Source: Spirochaetota bacterium (GTDB taxonomy: Bacteria > Spirochaetota > UBA4802 > UBA5550). From it: a stretch of 64,000 bases of DNA. Where the stretch lies: assembly GCA_036848375.1 (NCBI GenBank), contig DAIUKG010000017.1, positions 5,658 through 69,657 of the forward strand. Direction: 5' to 3'. Shown piece by piece: positions 56,393 through 64,000 of this stretch (positions within the stretch are counted from its first letter, which is position 1; every line of letters starts with the position of its first letter). Below the pieces are notes generated by a model that had not been told where the DNA came from, ran no database searches, and saw only the letters and a list, made by a program, of their open reading frames with translations. The position numbers and the translations under genes were made by a program.

Positions 56393-57493
56393 ATGCGCAT
56401 GATAAATCGAAAGAAAACAAGACAGGTGCGCGCCGGGTCTTTACTGATCGGGGGCGGCGCACCGGTATCCATACAGTCCATGACGAATATTCCCATTGAG
56501 GACATCGAGGGAACGATAAGGCAGATCAACGCGCTCAAGGAAGCGGGCGCGGACCTGGTCAGGCTCGCGCTCCGCAAGGAGGAATTCGCCGCGCACCTGA
56601 AAAAGATCATCGCGGGAGTTGACATCCCCCTGAGTGCCGACATCCATTTCAATCACCGCATTGCAATCGCGGCCATAGAGGCCGGCGTGCACAAGATCAG
56701 GATCAACCCCGGCAACATCGGTGACGCCGCGAAGGTCCGCGAAGTGGTCAGTGCGGCCCGCGACCGGGGCGTTCCCATCCGCATCGGCGTGAACGGGGGC
56801 TCTCTGGACAAAAAGAAATACCGCGAGGTGACGCCCGACAACCTTGTCCGGTCAGCGCTCGAGCACGTCGTGATTCTCGAGGACAATAATTTTTCCGACA
56901 TCGTGGTCTCGATCAAGGCGACCGATATCTTTACCACCATCGAGGCGAACAGGCTCTTCAGCATGGAGCGGGACTATCCGCTGCACATCGGCCTTACCGA
57001 GGCCGGGTACGGGCTTGCGTGCACGGTTCAGAGCTCCATCGTGCTGGGGCACCTGCTGCTTCAGGGCATCGGCGACACCATGCGCGTGTCAATGACCGGA
57101 GACCCGGTCAATGAAATTCCTGTCGCGCGGTCGATCCTTGAATCGCTCGGGGAGCGCTTTCAGGCCATACGCATTATTTCATGCCCGACCTGCGGGCGCA
57201 CTGACCCTGAACTCGATATACTGGCGCTGGCCACCGAGGTCGAGCGCCGCCTTTCATCGCTTTTCAGAAAAAAGCTGGAAACCATGGGCAAAAGCGTTAC
57301 AATAGCTGTAATGGGCTGCGAGGTCAACGGCCCCGGCGAGGCCTCGGAGGCAGATCTCGGGCTCGCCGGAGGGCGCGGGGGGAAACTTCTTCTTTTTTCG
57401 AGGGGAGAAAAGCTTCATACCATTCCCCAGGACCAGGCGGTTGGCGCGCTCGCCCGTGAAGTGGAAAAGCTTGTTGCAGATGGAAAAGATTAA
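56393..57493 (+). CDS. ispG: 4-hydroxy-3-methylbut-2-enyl diphosphate synthase IspG (GcpE)
   Basis: A TIM-barrel region is followed by C-terminal Cys ligands CPTCGR and MGCEVNG. Confidence 0.9.
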   Translation: MRMINRKKTRQVRAGSLLIGGGAPVSIQSMTNIPIEDIEGTIRQINALKEAGADLVRLALRKEEFAAHLKKIIAGVDIPLSADIHFNHRIAIAAIEAGVHKIRINPGNIGDAAKVREVVSAARDRGVPIRIGVNGGSLDKKKYREVTPDNLVRSALEHVVILEDNNFSDIVVSIKATDIFTTIEANRLFSMERDYPLHIGLTEAGYGLACTVQSSIVLGHLLLQGIGDTMRVSMTGDPVNEIPVARSILESLGERFQAIRIISCPTCGRTDPELDILALATEVERRLSSLFRKKLETMGKSVTIAVMGCEVNGPGEASEADLGLAGGRGGKLLLFSRGEKLHTIPQDQAVGALAREVEKLVADGKD

Positions 57494-58562
57494 TGTTCTC
57501 ATTATGGACGATTCCGCGGTTATGCGGGGATTTTTAACCAAGTCCCTTGAGAGCTGCAGTGACATAACCGTAGTCGGAACAGCGGCTGATGAGAATATCG
57601 CCGCGAACAAAATAAGAAAATTCGGGCCGGATGTGATAGTCATAGATTCCGGCATGCCCTGCATGAAAGGCTTTTCGTTCCTGCTGCACCTCATGAACAA
57701 CGCGCCCCTGCCCGCGATTATAATCTCGCAGCCATCCTCATCCTCTGGTGATGCGGCTGAAACGTTCGGCGCCCTTGAGGCCGGGGCGTTTGACGTAATG
57801 CCCGCGCCCGCTTCGCTCGACGCCGGCCGTGCCGCTGCCTTTGTCACGCAGCTTGTCGATACGATCAGGGCGGCAAAGCACGCCCCGGTGAAAGCAAAAA
57901 CTCACGTCACGGGCATGTTTGATGCGCAGGGCCATGACCCCTTTTCGCGCCACGCCGTCCCCCTGAAAAGGGCGCAGAAAGAGAAAAAGCTCAGTGACAC
58001 GGTTATCGCCATCGGCGCTTCAACCGGCGGGGTTCCGGTCATCAGCGACATACTGGTGAAACTGTCTGACACGGTTCCCGCGATCGTGATTGTAATTCAC
58101 ATGCCTGAAGGCTTTACCGCCCCGTTCGCTGACAGGATGAACAGGCTTTCATCCCTTTACGTGAGTGAGGCGGGCGAGGGGGCCCTGCTGTATCAAGGGT
58201 CTGCCCTGGTCGCGCCAGGGAACCGTCATCTTATGGTGGTAAAAAAGCGCGCCGGCTACGCGGCCTCGCTGGGCAGCGGAGAGCGGGTAAAGGGTTTTCG
58301 CCCGTCGGTTGACGTTCTCTTCGAAAGTGTCGCTTCGAGCGCCGGGGCAAAGGGAACCGGGATCATCCTTACCGGAATGGGCAACGACGGCGTTGCCGGC
58401 CTGATGGGGATAAAACAAAGCGGGGGGATGACCATCGCGCAGGACCGGGAGTCATGCCCGGTATACGGCATGCCCCGCGAGGCGCTCAGGGAAGGCGCCG
58501 CAAAGCAGACGGCAGGTATCGCTGAAATAGTATCGTACATCAATGGTCTCGCGGTGAACTGA
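57480..58562 (+). CDS. cheB: Chemotaxis protein-glutamate methylesterase CheB (REC + methylesterase)
   Basis: The REC domain begins at MEKINVLIMDDS. The catalytic domain has GASTGG and a conserved His/Asp. The start overlaps the ispG 3' end. Confidence 0.85.
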   Translation: MEKINVLIMDDSAVMRGFLTKSLESCSDITVVGTAADENIAANKIRKFGPDVIVIDSGMPCMKGFSFLLHLMNNAPLPAIIISQPSSSSGDAAETFGALEAGAFDVMPAPASLDAGRAAAFVTQLVDTIRAAKHAPVKAKTHVTGMFDAQGHDPFSRHAVPLKRAQKEKKLSDTVIAIGASTGGVPVISDILVKLSDTVPAIVIVIHMPEGFTAPFADRMNRLSSLYVSEAGEGALLYQGSALVAPGNRHLMVVKKRAGYAASLGSGERVKGFRPSVDVLFESVASSAGAKGTGIILTGMGNDGVAGLMGIKQSGGMTIAQDRESCPVYGMPREALREGAAKQTAGIAEIVSYINGLAVN

Positions 58563-58572
58563 GCGGCGCGTT

Positions 58573-59499
58573 TCAGCGGTGCAGAAAGTTTGAGGGATTA
58601 AGCGCGGTCCCCCCTCTCCTGATTTCGAAATGGAGGTGAGGGCCCGTGGTCCTTCCGCTGTTTCCGGATCGGGCGATCACGTCCCCTGCTTCGACAACAT
58701 CCCCGGGCCTGACGGTGAAACTGCTGAGGTGGCCGTAATAGGTGCTGTACCCCATTTCATGCTGAAGCACCACCAGGTTTCCGTAACCGCCTTTGTATCC
58801 GGTGAACACGACCCGTCCCTTCCGTGCCGCCATGACTTTGCTTTTCATGGGGCAGGCGAGATCAATGCCGCGGTGAAATTCATACGTCCTTCCGTTAAAG
58901 GGATTTTTTCTGGTCCCGAAACCGGAGCTTCTCCTGCTCTCCGCAAGCGGGTTCATGAACGCGGTCCCGAGAAAAAGCGACCGCTGCAGCATCGATATTT
59001 TTCCACAGGGAACGAAGATATAGTTCTTGTCAAGGGTTGAGCACCTGTTCGCGTGGAACACGTAAGCCAGGTCAACCCCTGCTTCCGAAGCCAGTGAGTG
59101 GACCGTTTCTGATTTTTCCCCTGAGACGATGACGCCGCGCATGTTCGGTATATAGAGTGATTTCTTTTTGTTGATGTCAAGGGGGGATGACAGGTCGTTC
59201 ACGGAGAGAAGGGTATCGATGTCCATTGACGTTTTTGCCAGCACTGTCCAGAAGGTATCGCCGGGCCTCACGCGGTAGCGGTAAAACTGCAGCTCAGGCA
59301 GCTCGTCAAGGCACCTTCCGCTTTTGATGGTGTAAATGGTTTTGCGCACGTCCTGCCGTAACGCTTTGAGCTGTTCATTTTGCCTCAGGTCGAGCCTGCC
59401 CAGCTCAGGGATGGGCTGATCCGCGGACCCGCGTGTTGCCGCACCCTGAAGGGCGATGAACAGGGCCAGCACGGTGATCAATAAGGGGCGCGGTCTCAT
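58573..59499 (-). CDS. M23 (LytM-type) peptidase
   Basis: A signal peptide is present, with the motifs HRGIDLA...YGHL...GRTTGPHLHFEIR. Confidence 0.8.
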   Translation of the reverse strand: MRPRPLLITVLALFIALQGAATRGSADQPIPELGRLDLRQNEQLKALRQDVRKTIYTIKSGRCLDELPELQFYRYRVRPGDTFWTVLAKTSMDIDTLLSVNDLSSPLDINKKKSLYIPNMRGVIVSGEKSETVHSLASEAGVDLAYVFHANRCSTLDKNYIFVPCGKISMLQRSLFLGTAFMNPLAESRRSSGFGTRKNPFNGRTYEFHRGIDLACPMKSKVMAARKGRVVFTGYKGGYGNLVVLQHEMGYSTYYGHLSSFTVRPGDVVEAGDVIARSGNSGRTTGPHLHFEIRRGGTALNPSNFLHR

Positions 59500-59669
59500 G
59501 AATGTTTCGTGTTTCTCCCGGGCAGGCGGCTTATAAACCTGCGCAAAAATACAGCATCACTATATAATTCGGATGAAAATCGTGTTTGATGGAGTGAAAA
59601 AATCATATTGACAAGTGATTCGGGCGGGAGTAGTGTGTCGCGTGAAATTATCTGTTTTAAGAGGTTATT

Positions 59670-60104
59670 ATGGCAATCACCAAGGGCGGCGGCGATACTG
59701 CGAACAATGTTATTGGGGAGAACTCGTATTTCACCGGCAATTTTATCATCAATGGTTCTCTTCGCATCGACGGCCGTTTTGAAGGCAAATATCTTCAGGC
59801 TGAGCAGCTGTATATCGGCAGGACGGGAAAGATCAAAACGAATATCAACGCTGTGTCCGTGATCATTGAAGGTATGGTCATCGGTAATATTAACGCCACC
59901 AGCAGGATCCTTCTCATGCCGACAGCCCGCATCCTGGGCGATATCAAAACTCCTGAGCTCATCATTCAGAACGGGGTGATCCTTGAAGGACGATGCACCA
60001 TCTCTAATGACCTTAAATCTTCGGCCAAGGAACTCATTGACGCCGAATATGAAAAAAACAAGGTGATTCCCGAGGAGTTTGTTGAATCAAAAAAAGGTTC
60101 TTAA
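59670..60104 (+). CDS. Bactofilin (DUF583) cytoskeletal protein
   Basis: Bactofilin beta-helix repeats are present (GNFIINGSLRIDGRFEG...). Confidence 0.8.
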   Translation: MAITKGGGDTANNVIGENSYFTGNFIINGSLRIDGRFEGKYLQAEQLYIGRTGKIKTNINAVSVIIEGMVIGNINATSRILLMPTARILGDIKTPELIIQNGVILEGRCTISNDLKSSAKELIDAEYEKNKVIPEEFVESKKGS

Positions 60105-61080
60105 AATCGGAATCACGTCCGGTGACCCTGCCGGAATCGGGCCGGAAATTATCGCAAAGGCCCTGAATGACCTTCCTGACACATCCTTTGTCCCGGTTGT
60201 AATCGGCAGCGCTGATTTTTATCGTCACTATCATAACAAGTTTTTTCGCAGATTTACTCTCCTTTCACTGCATGATAAAACTGACACTCCGACTGATGAA
60301 TTTTTCGTGGACGTTCCCCTTGAAAGCCCCATGCCTGAACCGGGAAAAGGAACCCCCGCTACCGGCAGGGAATCGCTCAGATACATTGACGCGGGGCTTG
60401 ACCTGTGGGAACAAGGTGCAATCGACGCCCTGGTTACCGGGCCGGTGAGCAAAGGCCTCATCGAACGGTCAGGCACCCATTTTACCGGACACACGGAATA
60501 TCTCGCTGCCAGGACCGGTGGTGATCCTTTTATGATGATGTTTTCCGAGGATTACCGGGTCATCCTTGCCACGACGCACCTTCCCCTGTCGCAGGTGAGC
60601 TCAAGCGTAAACCGGGAAAGAATTCTCCAGGTCATCACTGCGGGGAACGAATCCATAAAGGCAATTGACGGAGCACCGGTGCGCCTGGCAGTGGCGGGCC
60701 TTGACCCTCACTGCGGTGATGACGGGGCGATCGGCACCTTTGACCGTGATGTCACGGCAAAGGCCATTGAAGACGCGCGTAGAGCGGGTATTGACGTTGA
60801 GGGCCCCTTTGCCGCTGACACCCTTTTTATGGCTGACCGCTGGAAGGAGCATAATCTTGTCATAGCCCAGTACCATGACCAGGGCCTGATCCCGTTCAAA
60901 CTGCTGGCGTTTGACCGGGGGGTGAATGTGACCCTCGGCCTGCCGCTCGTCAGAACATCCGTAGACCATGGCACCGCTTTCAATATCGCGGGTAAAGACC
61001 GGGCAGGGTACAGCAGCATGATCGAGGCGATTGCCGTTGCCTGCAGGCTTGTACAGGGGAGGAGAACGGCCGGTCTCTGA
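60079..61080 (+). CDS. pdxA: 4-hydroxythreonine-4-phosphate dehydrogenase PdxA
   Basis: The PdxA family signature GHTEYLA...DHGTAFNIAGK is present. Confidence 0.85.
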   Translation: MLNQKKVLKIGITSGDPAGIGPEIIAKALNDLPDTSFVPVVIGSADFYRHYHNKFFRRFTLLSLHDKTDTPTDEFFVDVPLESPMPEPGKGTPATGRESLRYIDAGLDLWEQGAIDALVTGPVSKGLIERSGTHFTGHTEYLAARTGGDPFMMMFSEDYRVILATTHLPLSQVSSSVNRERILQVITAGNESIKAIDGAPVRLAVAGLDPHCGDDGAIGTFDRDVTAKAIEDARRAGIDVEGPFAADTLFMADRWKEHNLVIAQYHDQGLIPFKLLAFDRGVNVTLGLPLVRTSVDHGTAFNIAGKDRAGYSSMIEAIAVACRLVQGRRTAGL

Positions 61081-61476
61081 TCAGGTAATTTTTTTCCGAA
61101 TAATGCCAATGAGGTTGGATATTATTTCATCTTTGGTTCTGCCGCTTGCTTCAATAAAAAAAACTTTTTTTAGAGATCCTTCATGGACCAGTTTAAGCAG
61201 TACTTTTATCGAGCCGGGCTTGACTGTTTCAGAGATTTCATTACCTGAGAAACGTAACTGTTCTATTGATTCGGAATAAAAATAAACGGTCAGTGATAGC
61301 CTGTACCCCGGGCGCAGCGTGAAACTGTTAACGGCGAATGCCTTTTGAATATCGGCGGCATTCATGTTTATCCCTGGCGGAATGGTAACCGTGACGGGCT
61401 TCTGTTCCTGTGCCGTTCCTTTCCCCGGCAGCAAGAACAGAAAAAGGGTGAGTGCTATGTATCGTGCAGGTTTCAT
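61081..61476 (-). CDS. Hypothetical secreted/lipoprotein (131 aa)
   Basis: It has a signal peptide and no recognised family. Confidence 0.4.
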   Translation of the reverse strand: MKPARYIALTLFLFLLPGKGTAQEQKPVTVTIPPGINMNAADIQKAFAVNSFTLRPGYRLSLTVYFYSESIEQLRFSGNEISETVKPGSIKVLLKLVHEGSLKKVFFIEASGRTKDEIISNLIGIIRKKIT

Positions 61477-61607
61477 GATTGGCAGTTTTTCAGAATATAC
61501 TTTCAGCCCGGCAGCGTATCAAGAAAATTATCAATTAAGGAAAAAATTATTGCTAAGATCTTTCATGGCGTGATAATTGCTTAACTGATTTAAGGCGGGG
61601 TCGTTAT

Positions 61608-62051
61608 ATGAATGAAATCATGGTTACAAAATCCCTTTTCTTTTTCATGATATTCTGGGGTATCGGGCTGGTTTTACTCTGGTTCAGGCCGCGAGTTGAG
61701 ATTTTCTGGAAAATAATCGCCTCACTGATTTTTGGTTTTTATGTCTGGTTTTTTTTCTCGGAGCTTTCAGCCGGGTTTTCGTCTTTTCAGCAGGGCTGGT
61801 ATGATTTCACGATAAATTTTTTCAAGGAAGCACTGGTTCTTGTCTTTATGAACCTCTTTTTCATCTGGCCCCTCGCCCTGGTTATTATTTTCTACAAGGC
61901 GGACGATCTTGGCGCTGAAAGGCTCCTCAAAGTTGTTTCCCTGTGCACCATGATTTTATGGGTTGTTTTTATCGTTTATTTCATTTTTAATAAAGGTGTG
62001 GATAATTTTCTTTTTGAACAGTTAAAGAAGATGATACCTCATGCTAAATAG
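61608..62051 (+). CDS. Hypothetical 4-TM membrane protein
   Basis: It has hydrophobic helices and overlaps the downstream TPR gene by 11 nt. Confidence 0.35.
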   Translation: MNEIMVTKSLFFFMIFWGIGLVLLWFRPRVEIFWKIIASLIFGFYVWFFFSELSAGFSSFQQGWYDFTINFFKEALVLVFMNLFFIWPLALVIIFYKADDLGAERLLKVVSLCTMILWVVFIVYFIFNKGVDNFLFEQLKKMIPHAK

Positions 62052-62544
62052 CCGCAATCTTTTACTGCTTTTCATCCTTGTTTTTTTTACAGCCCCGGTG
62101 TTCTCACTGGAAAAAACATCACAGCTCTATCATGAAGGGGAATCGCTTGCCCTTAAAGGGGACATCGACAGCGCCATTGAAAAATTTAAAAAAGTGGTTG
62201 AGCGCAGCCCCTGCTATTGCATGGGCCATTACGGGCTGGGCAAGGCGTATCTGTATAAATACGGGATGCTTGACCTGGCCATACAGCACCTCAGTGAAGC
62301 GGTGAAACTTGACAGAAAACTGGCCAAGGGGCATTTTTATCTCGGAATGGCCTGTTTTCTGGGCAGGAAATATATACAGGCGCTTCATTCCTTTAAAAAC
62401 GCCTATGATAATGATGATTCCCTGATAGAAGCCCTGTATAACATCAGTGTGATCTATGATATTATGGGGAAAAACTATGAAGCTGAAGTCTATTTCAAAA
62501 AATATATAACTGAAAAGGAAAGGGATGAAGACATTCTTTTCTGA
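62041..62544 (+). CDS. Secreted TPR-repeat protein
   Basis: A signal peptide is followed by three to four TPR-like repeats. Confidence 0.6.
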   Translation: MLNSRNLLLLFILVFFTAPVFSLEKTSQLYHEGESLALKGDIDSAIEKFKKVVERSPCYCMGHYGLGKAYLYKYGMLDLAIQHLSEAVKLDRKLAKGHFYLGMACFLGRKYIQALHSFKNAYDNDDSLIEALYNISVIYDIMGKNYEAEVYFKKYITEKERDEDILF

Positions 62545-62758
62545 TCTCAGTCTTTAAAATGGCTTTTTACTTTTTGCGCGATATCGTTGCCATAGACCAG
62601 CCTGATCGCCCTGAGGCATTGATCACGTTCAGCCCCTTTCTCTTCTTTAATAAAACCGTAAAGGCACAGTGACGCTATTTCTTTTTGAAGTTCCATAAAC
62701 TTCCTCCATGCCAGTATAATCGGCACGGAGGAAAAACATCGTGAATACTTTACTGGGC

Positions 62759-63064
62759 CTACACCTTGAAAAGGTCTTCAGCTTTCTTTTTCCCGGTCAG
62801 CCTTTCATAATCATGGTAATCCACAAAGGACAGATGCGGCAGTTTTTTTTTGAGCCGGGGAACAATGTCAATTTTTCCTCCCGAGGCTTCTTTCGAGGTC
62901 ACATATTTGAACTCCCGGCCGCATGACGGGCATTTTTTTAAATCTTTCAGTTCAATTCCAATTTTTTTACAGTTGGGACAGTGGCCGAATTTATCATCAG
63001 CTATCACGATATGTTCCTTGACATCAGCAATATCAAGTTCGGTCCAGACACGAATAAGGTCCAT
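62759..63064 (-). CDS. Hypothetical zinc-ribbon protein (CPNC...CPSC)
   Basis: HCPNCKKIGIELKDLKKCPSCGREF forms a four-Cys ribbon. Confidence 0.4.
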   Translation of the reverse strand: MDLIRVWTELDIADVKEHIVIADDKFGHCPNCKKIGIELKDLKKCPSCGREFKYVTSKEASGGKIDIVPRLKKKLPHLSFVDYHDYERLTGKKKAEDLFKV

Positions 63065-63193
63065 TATGCACTCCTTGGATTGATCGTATTAACTGCTGTT
63101 TATATACACCATTGCAATATTTTTTCAACCATAATTCACAAAATCGTGATTTTCATTTAGTTCTTTACAGGATATATTATTGTGTTATGATAC

Positions 63194-63739
63194 GTGAAAT
63201 ATTATAAAAAACTGAAGAGGTGCCTCATGAGTCTCGAAGCGATGCATTCCTGTTCAATCGTGCTTCTTTGCGGTCTTTACGGGTCAGGTAAAACCGAGTT
63301 TGCCGAAAAGTATTTTAAAAACCGGAACAGGTATCGCATCAGCAGATCAGAGATCAGAAAACTGATGTTTGAAATGACGAATTTCGGCCAGGGATGGTCT
63401 TCTGAAAAGTTTAATGAGGAGGATGATGTTCTGGTCAAGCACGTCGAAAGAAAGATTCTGGAACATTATATCCATAATAAACGGAATGTCCTTATTATCA
63501 ATACCTTTATAACGCGGCAGTCACGTGCGCGTTTTGTGAAAATAGCCAGGGACATGAAGAAAACGATCGGCGCTGTTTTTCTGGATACCCCGGTGGATAA
63601 ATGCCTTGAAAACAATTCGCGAAGATCATCACTGATCCCTTCATCGATCATTCAGAGCCTCAGCATCAAAAAAGAACTCCCTACCAAAAAAGAGGAATTT
63701 GATGAGATTCTTATTGTTACGGACTTTGTCATCCCCTGA
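63194..63739 (+). CDS. P-loop NTPase / AAA-family kinase-like protein (probable start at MSLEAM, 63227)
   Basis: A Walker A GLYGSGKT is present at the N-terminus, at a small-kinase-like size. Confidence 0.5.
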   Translation: MKYYKKLKRCLMSLEAMHSCSIVLLCGLYGSGKTEFAEKYFKNRNRYRISRSEIRKLMFEMTNFGQGWSSEKFNEEDDVLVKHVERKILEHYIHNKRNVLIINTFITRQSRARFVKIARDMKKTIGAVFLDTPVDKCLENNSRRSSLIPSSIIQSLSIKKELPTKKEEFDEILIVTDFVIP

Positions 63740-63778
63740 TTATTGCAGGGGACGCTCGGGGATTTCCCGCTGATATAA

Positions 63779-64000
63779 TCATCCGGCTTTGACCATTTCA
63801 AGAGAACTGATTTCAGCGCTGCTCAACACCCTGCTGCTGTCGAGAATGATAATAAGGTTGTCATCCTTATTGGCTATGCCTTTGATGAAATCAGTTTCAA
63901 TTTTGGATGTCATATTGATGTTTTCCTTTATGTCCCCCTCTGAGAGGTCTATGACATCTGAAACAGTATCCACAATCATCCCCACGAGGGTATCCTGGAC
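63779..64000 (-). CDS. CheW-like domain protein (C-terminal part; the gene continues beyond the window end)
   Basis: The C-terminal CheW-like segment reads IVDTVSDVIDLSEGDIKE. The minus-strand reading frame remains open past position 64000. Confidence 0.5.
   Translation of the reverse strand, partial: VQDTLVGMIVDTVSDVIDLSEGDIKENINMTSKIETDFIKGIANKDDNLIIILDSSRVLSSAEISSLEMVKAG

Noticed and set aside
62547-62711. Apparent small minus-strand ORF with a GGAGG RBS downstream of the zinc-ribbon gene
   Set aside because: On careful translation the frame hits TGA after 22 codons (MELQKEIASLCLYGFIKEEERG*). The alternative ATG gives 20 aa. It is not a credible gene.
1-64000. Search for CRISPR arrays, IS elements, integrases, phage genes and toxin-antitoxin pairs
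   Set aside because: I found no regularly spaced direct repeats, no transposase or integrase ORFs, and no terminal inverted repeats. The only repeats are the coding KA/KP tandem repeat and short intergenic direct repeats.

Overview
This 64 kb window looks like ordinary chromosomal DNA from a flagellated, chemotactic bacterium. Strong phylum-level markers are missing, so the organism is not identified. The gene order flbD-motA-motB-fliL-fliY-fliO/Z-fliPQR-flhB-flhA-flhF-flhG-fliA and dnaX-ybaB-recR resembles Spirochaetes, Firmicutes and Thermotogae. GC content is intermediate overall, with several visibly AT-rich blocks. Genes are densely packed on both strands. I saw no transposases, integrases, phage genes, CRISPR arrays or toxin-antitoxin pairs, and no defined novel multi-gene system was identified in this window; the most system-like loci are listed after the content outline.

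Content in order:
- 3' part of lon.
- Two tandem membrane-anchored AraC-type regulators followed by a 935-aa MMPL/RND transporter, with a convergent GH3-family adenylating enzyme.
- tRNA-Leu(GAG), ndk, adk, two tRNA-Ser genes.
- dnaX-ybaB-recR, then der on the opposite strand.
- An AT-rich block encoding a histone-H1-like Lys/Ala-repeat protein, an unknown 390-aa protein, tsaE/tsaB, a TetR regulator and a DUF115 (Maf/MptE-like) protein that overlaps flbD.
- A large motility cluster: flbD, an orphan STAS antagonist, motAB, fliL, fliY, fliO/Z, fliPQR, flhBAF, flhG, an unknown gene, fliA, FapA/DUF342, two unknown genes, cheR, cheD.
- That cluster is fused directly to housekeeping genes: yicC, remA-like DUF370, gmk, rpoZ, miaA, hfq.
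- Further on: cheW, a degenerate Fe-ADH-fold protein, flgM (with a textbook sigma-28 promoter), rsmI, a polyferredoxin/DUF362 pair, tgt, a second orphan STAS, a LysM lipoprotein, an RpoD-like sigma factor, a GT2 glycosyltransferase, a DUF45-like HExxH hydrolase, GIY-YIG, ispG overlapping cheB, an M23 peptidase, bactofilin, pdxA, TPR and membrane proteins, a P-loop kinase, and a partial cheW at the window edge.

Observations most worth follow-up:
- An A10 slippery run in dnaX, placed where tau and gamma diverge in E. coli.
- Orphan STAS proteins, one of them sitting inside the flagellar operon.
- The tandem membrane-AraC + MMPL + GH3 locus.
- Absence of fliM from the fliL-fliY junction.
- Uncharacterised genes packed among flhG/fliA/FapA/cheR.
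- A catalytically degenerate Fe-ADH homolog between cheW and flgM.
- A 30-aa hyper-basic ORF with a good ribosome-binding site.
- Tandem sigma-54-like and sigma-28-like motifs upstream of the histone-like gene.
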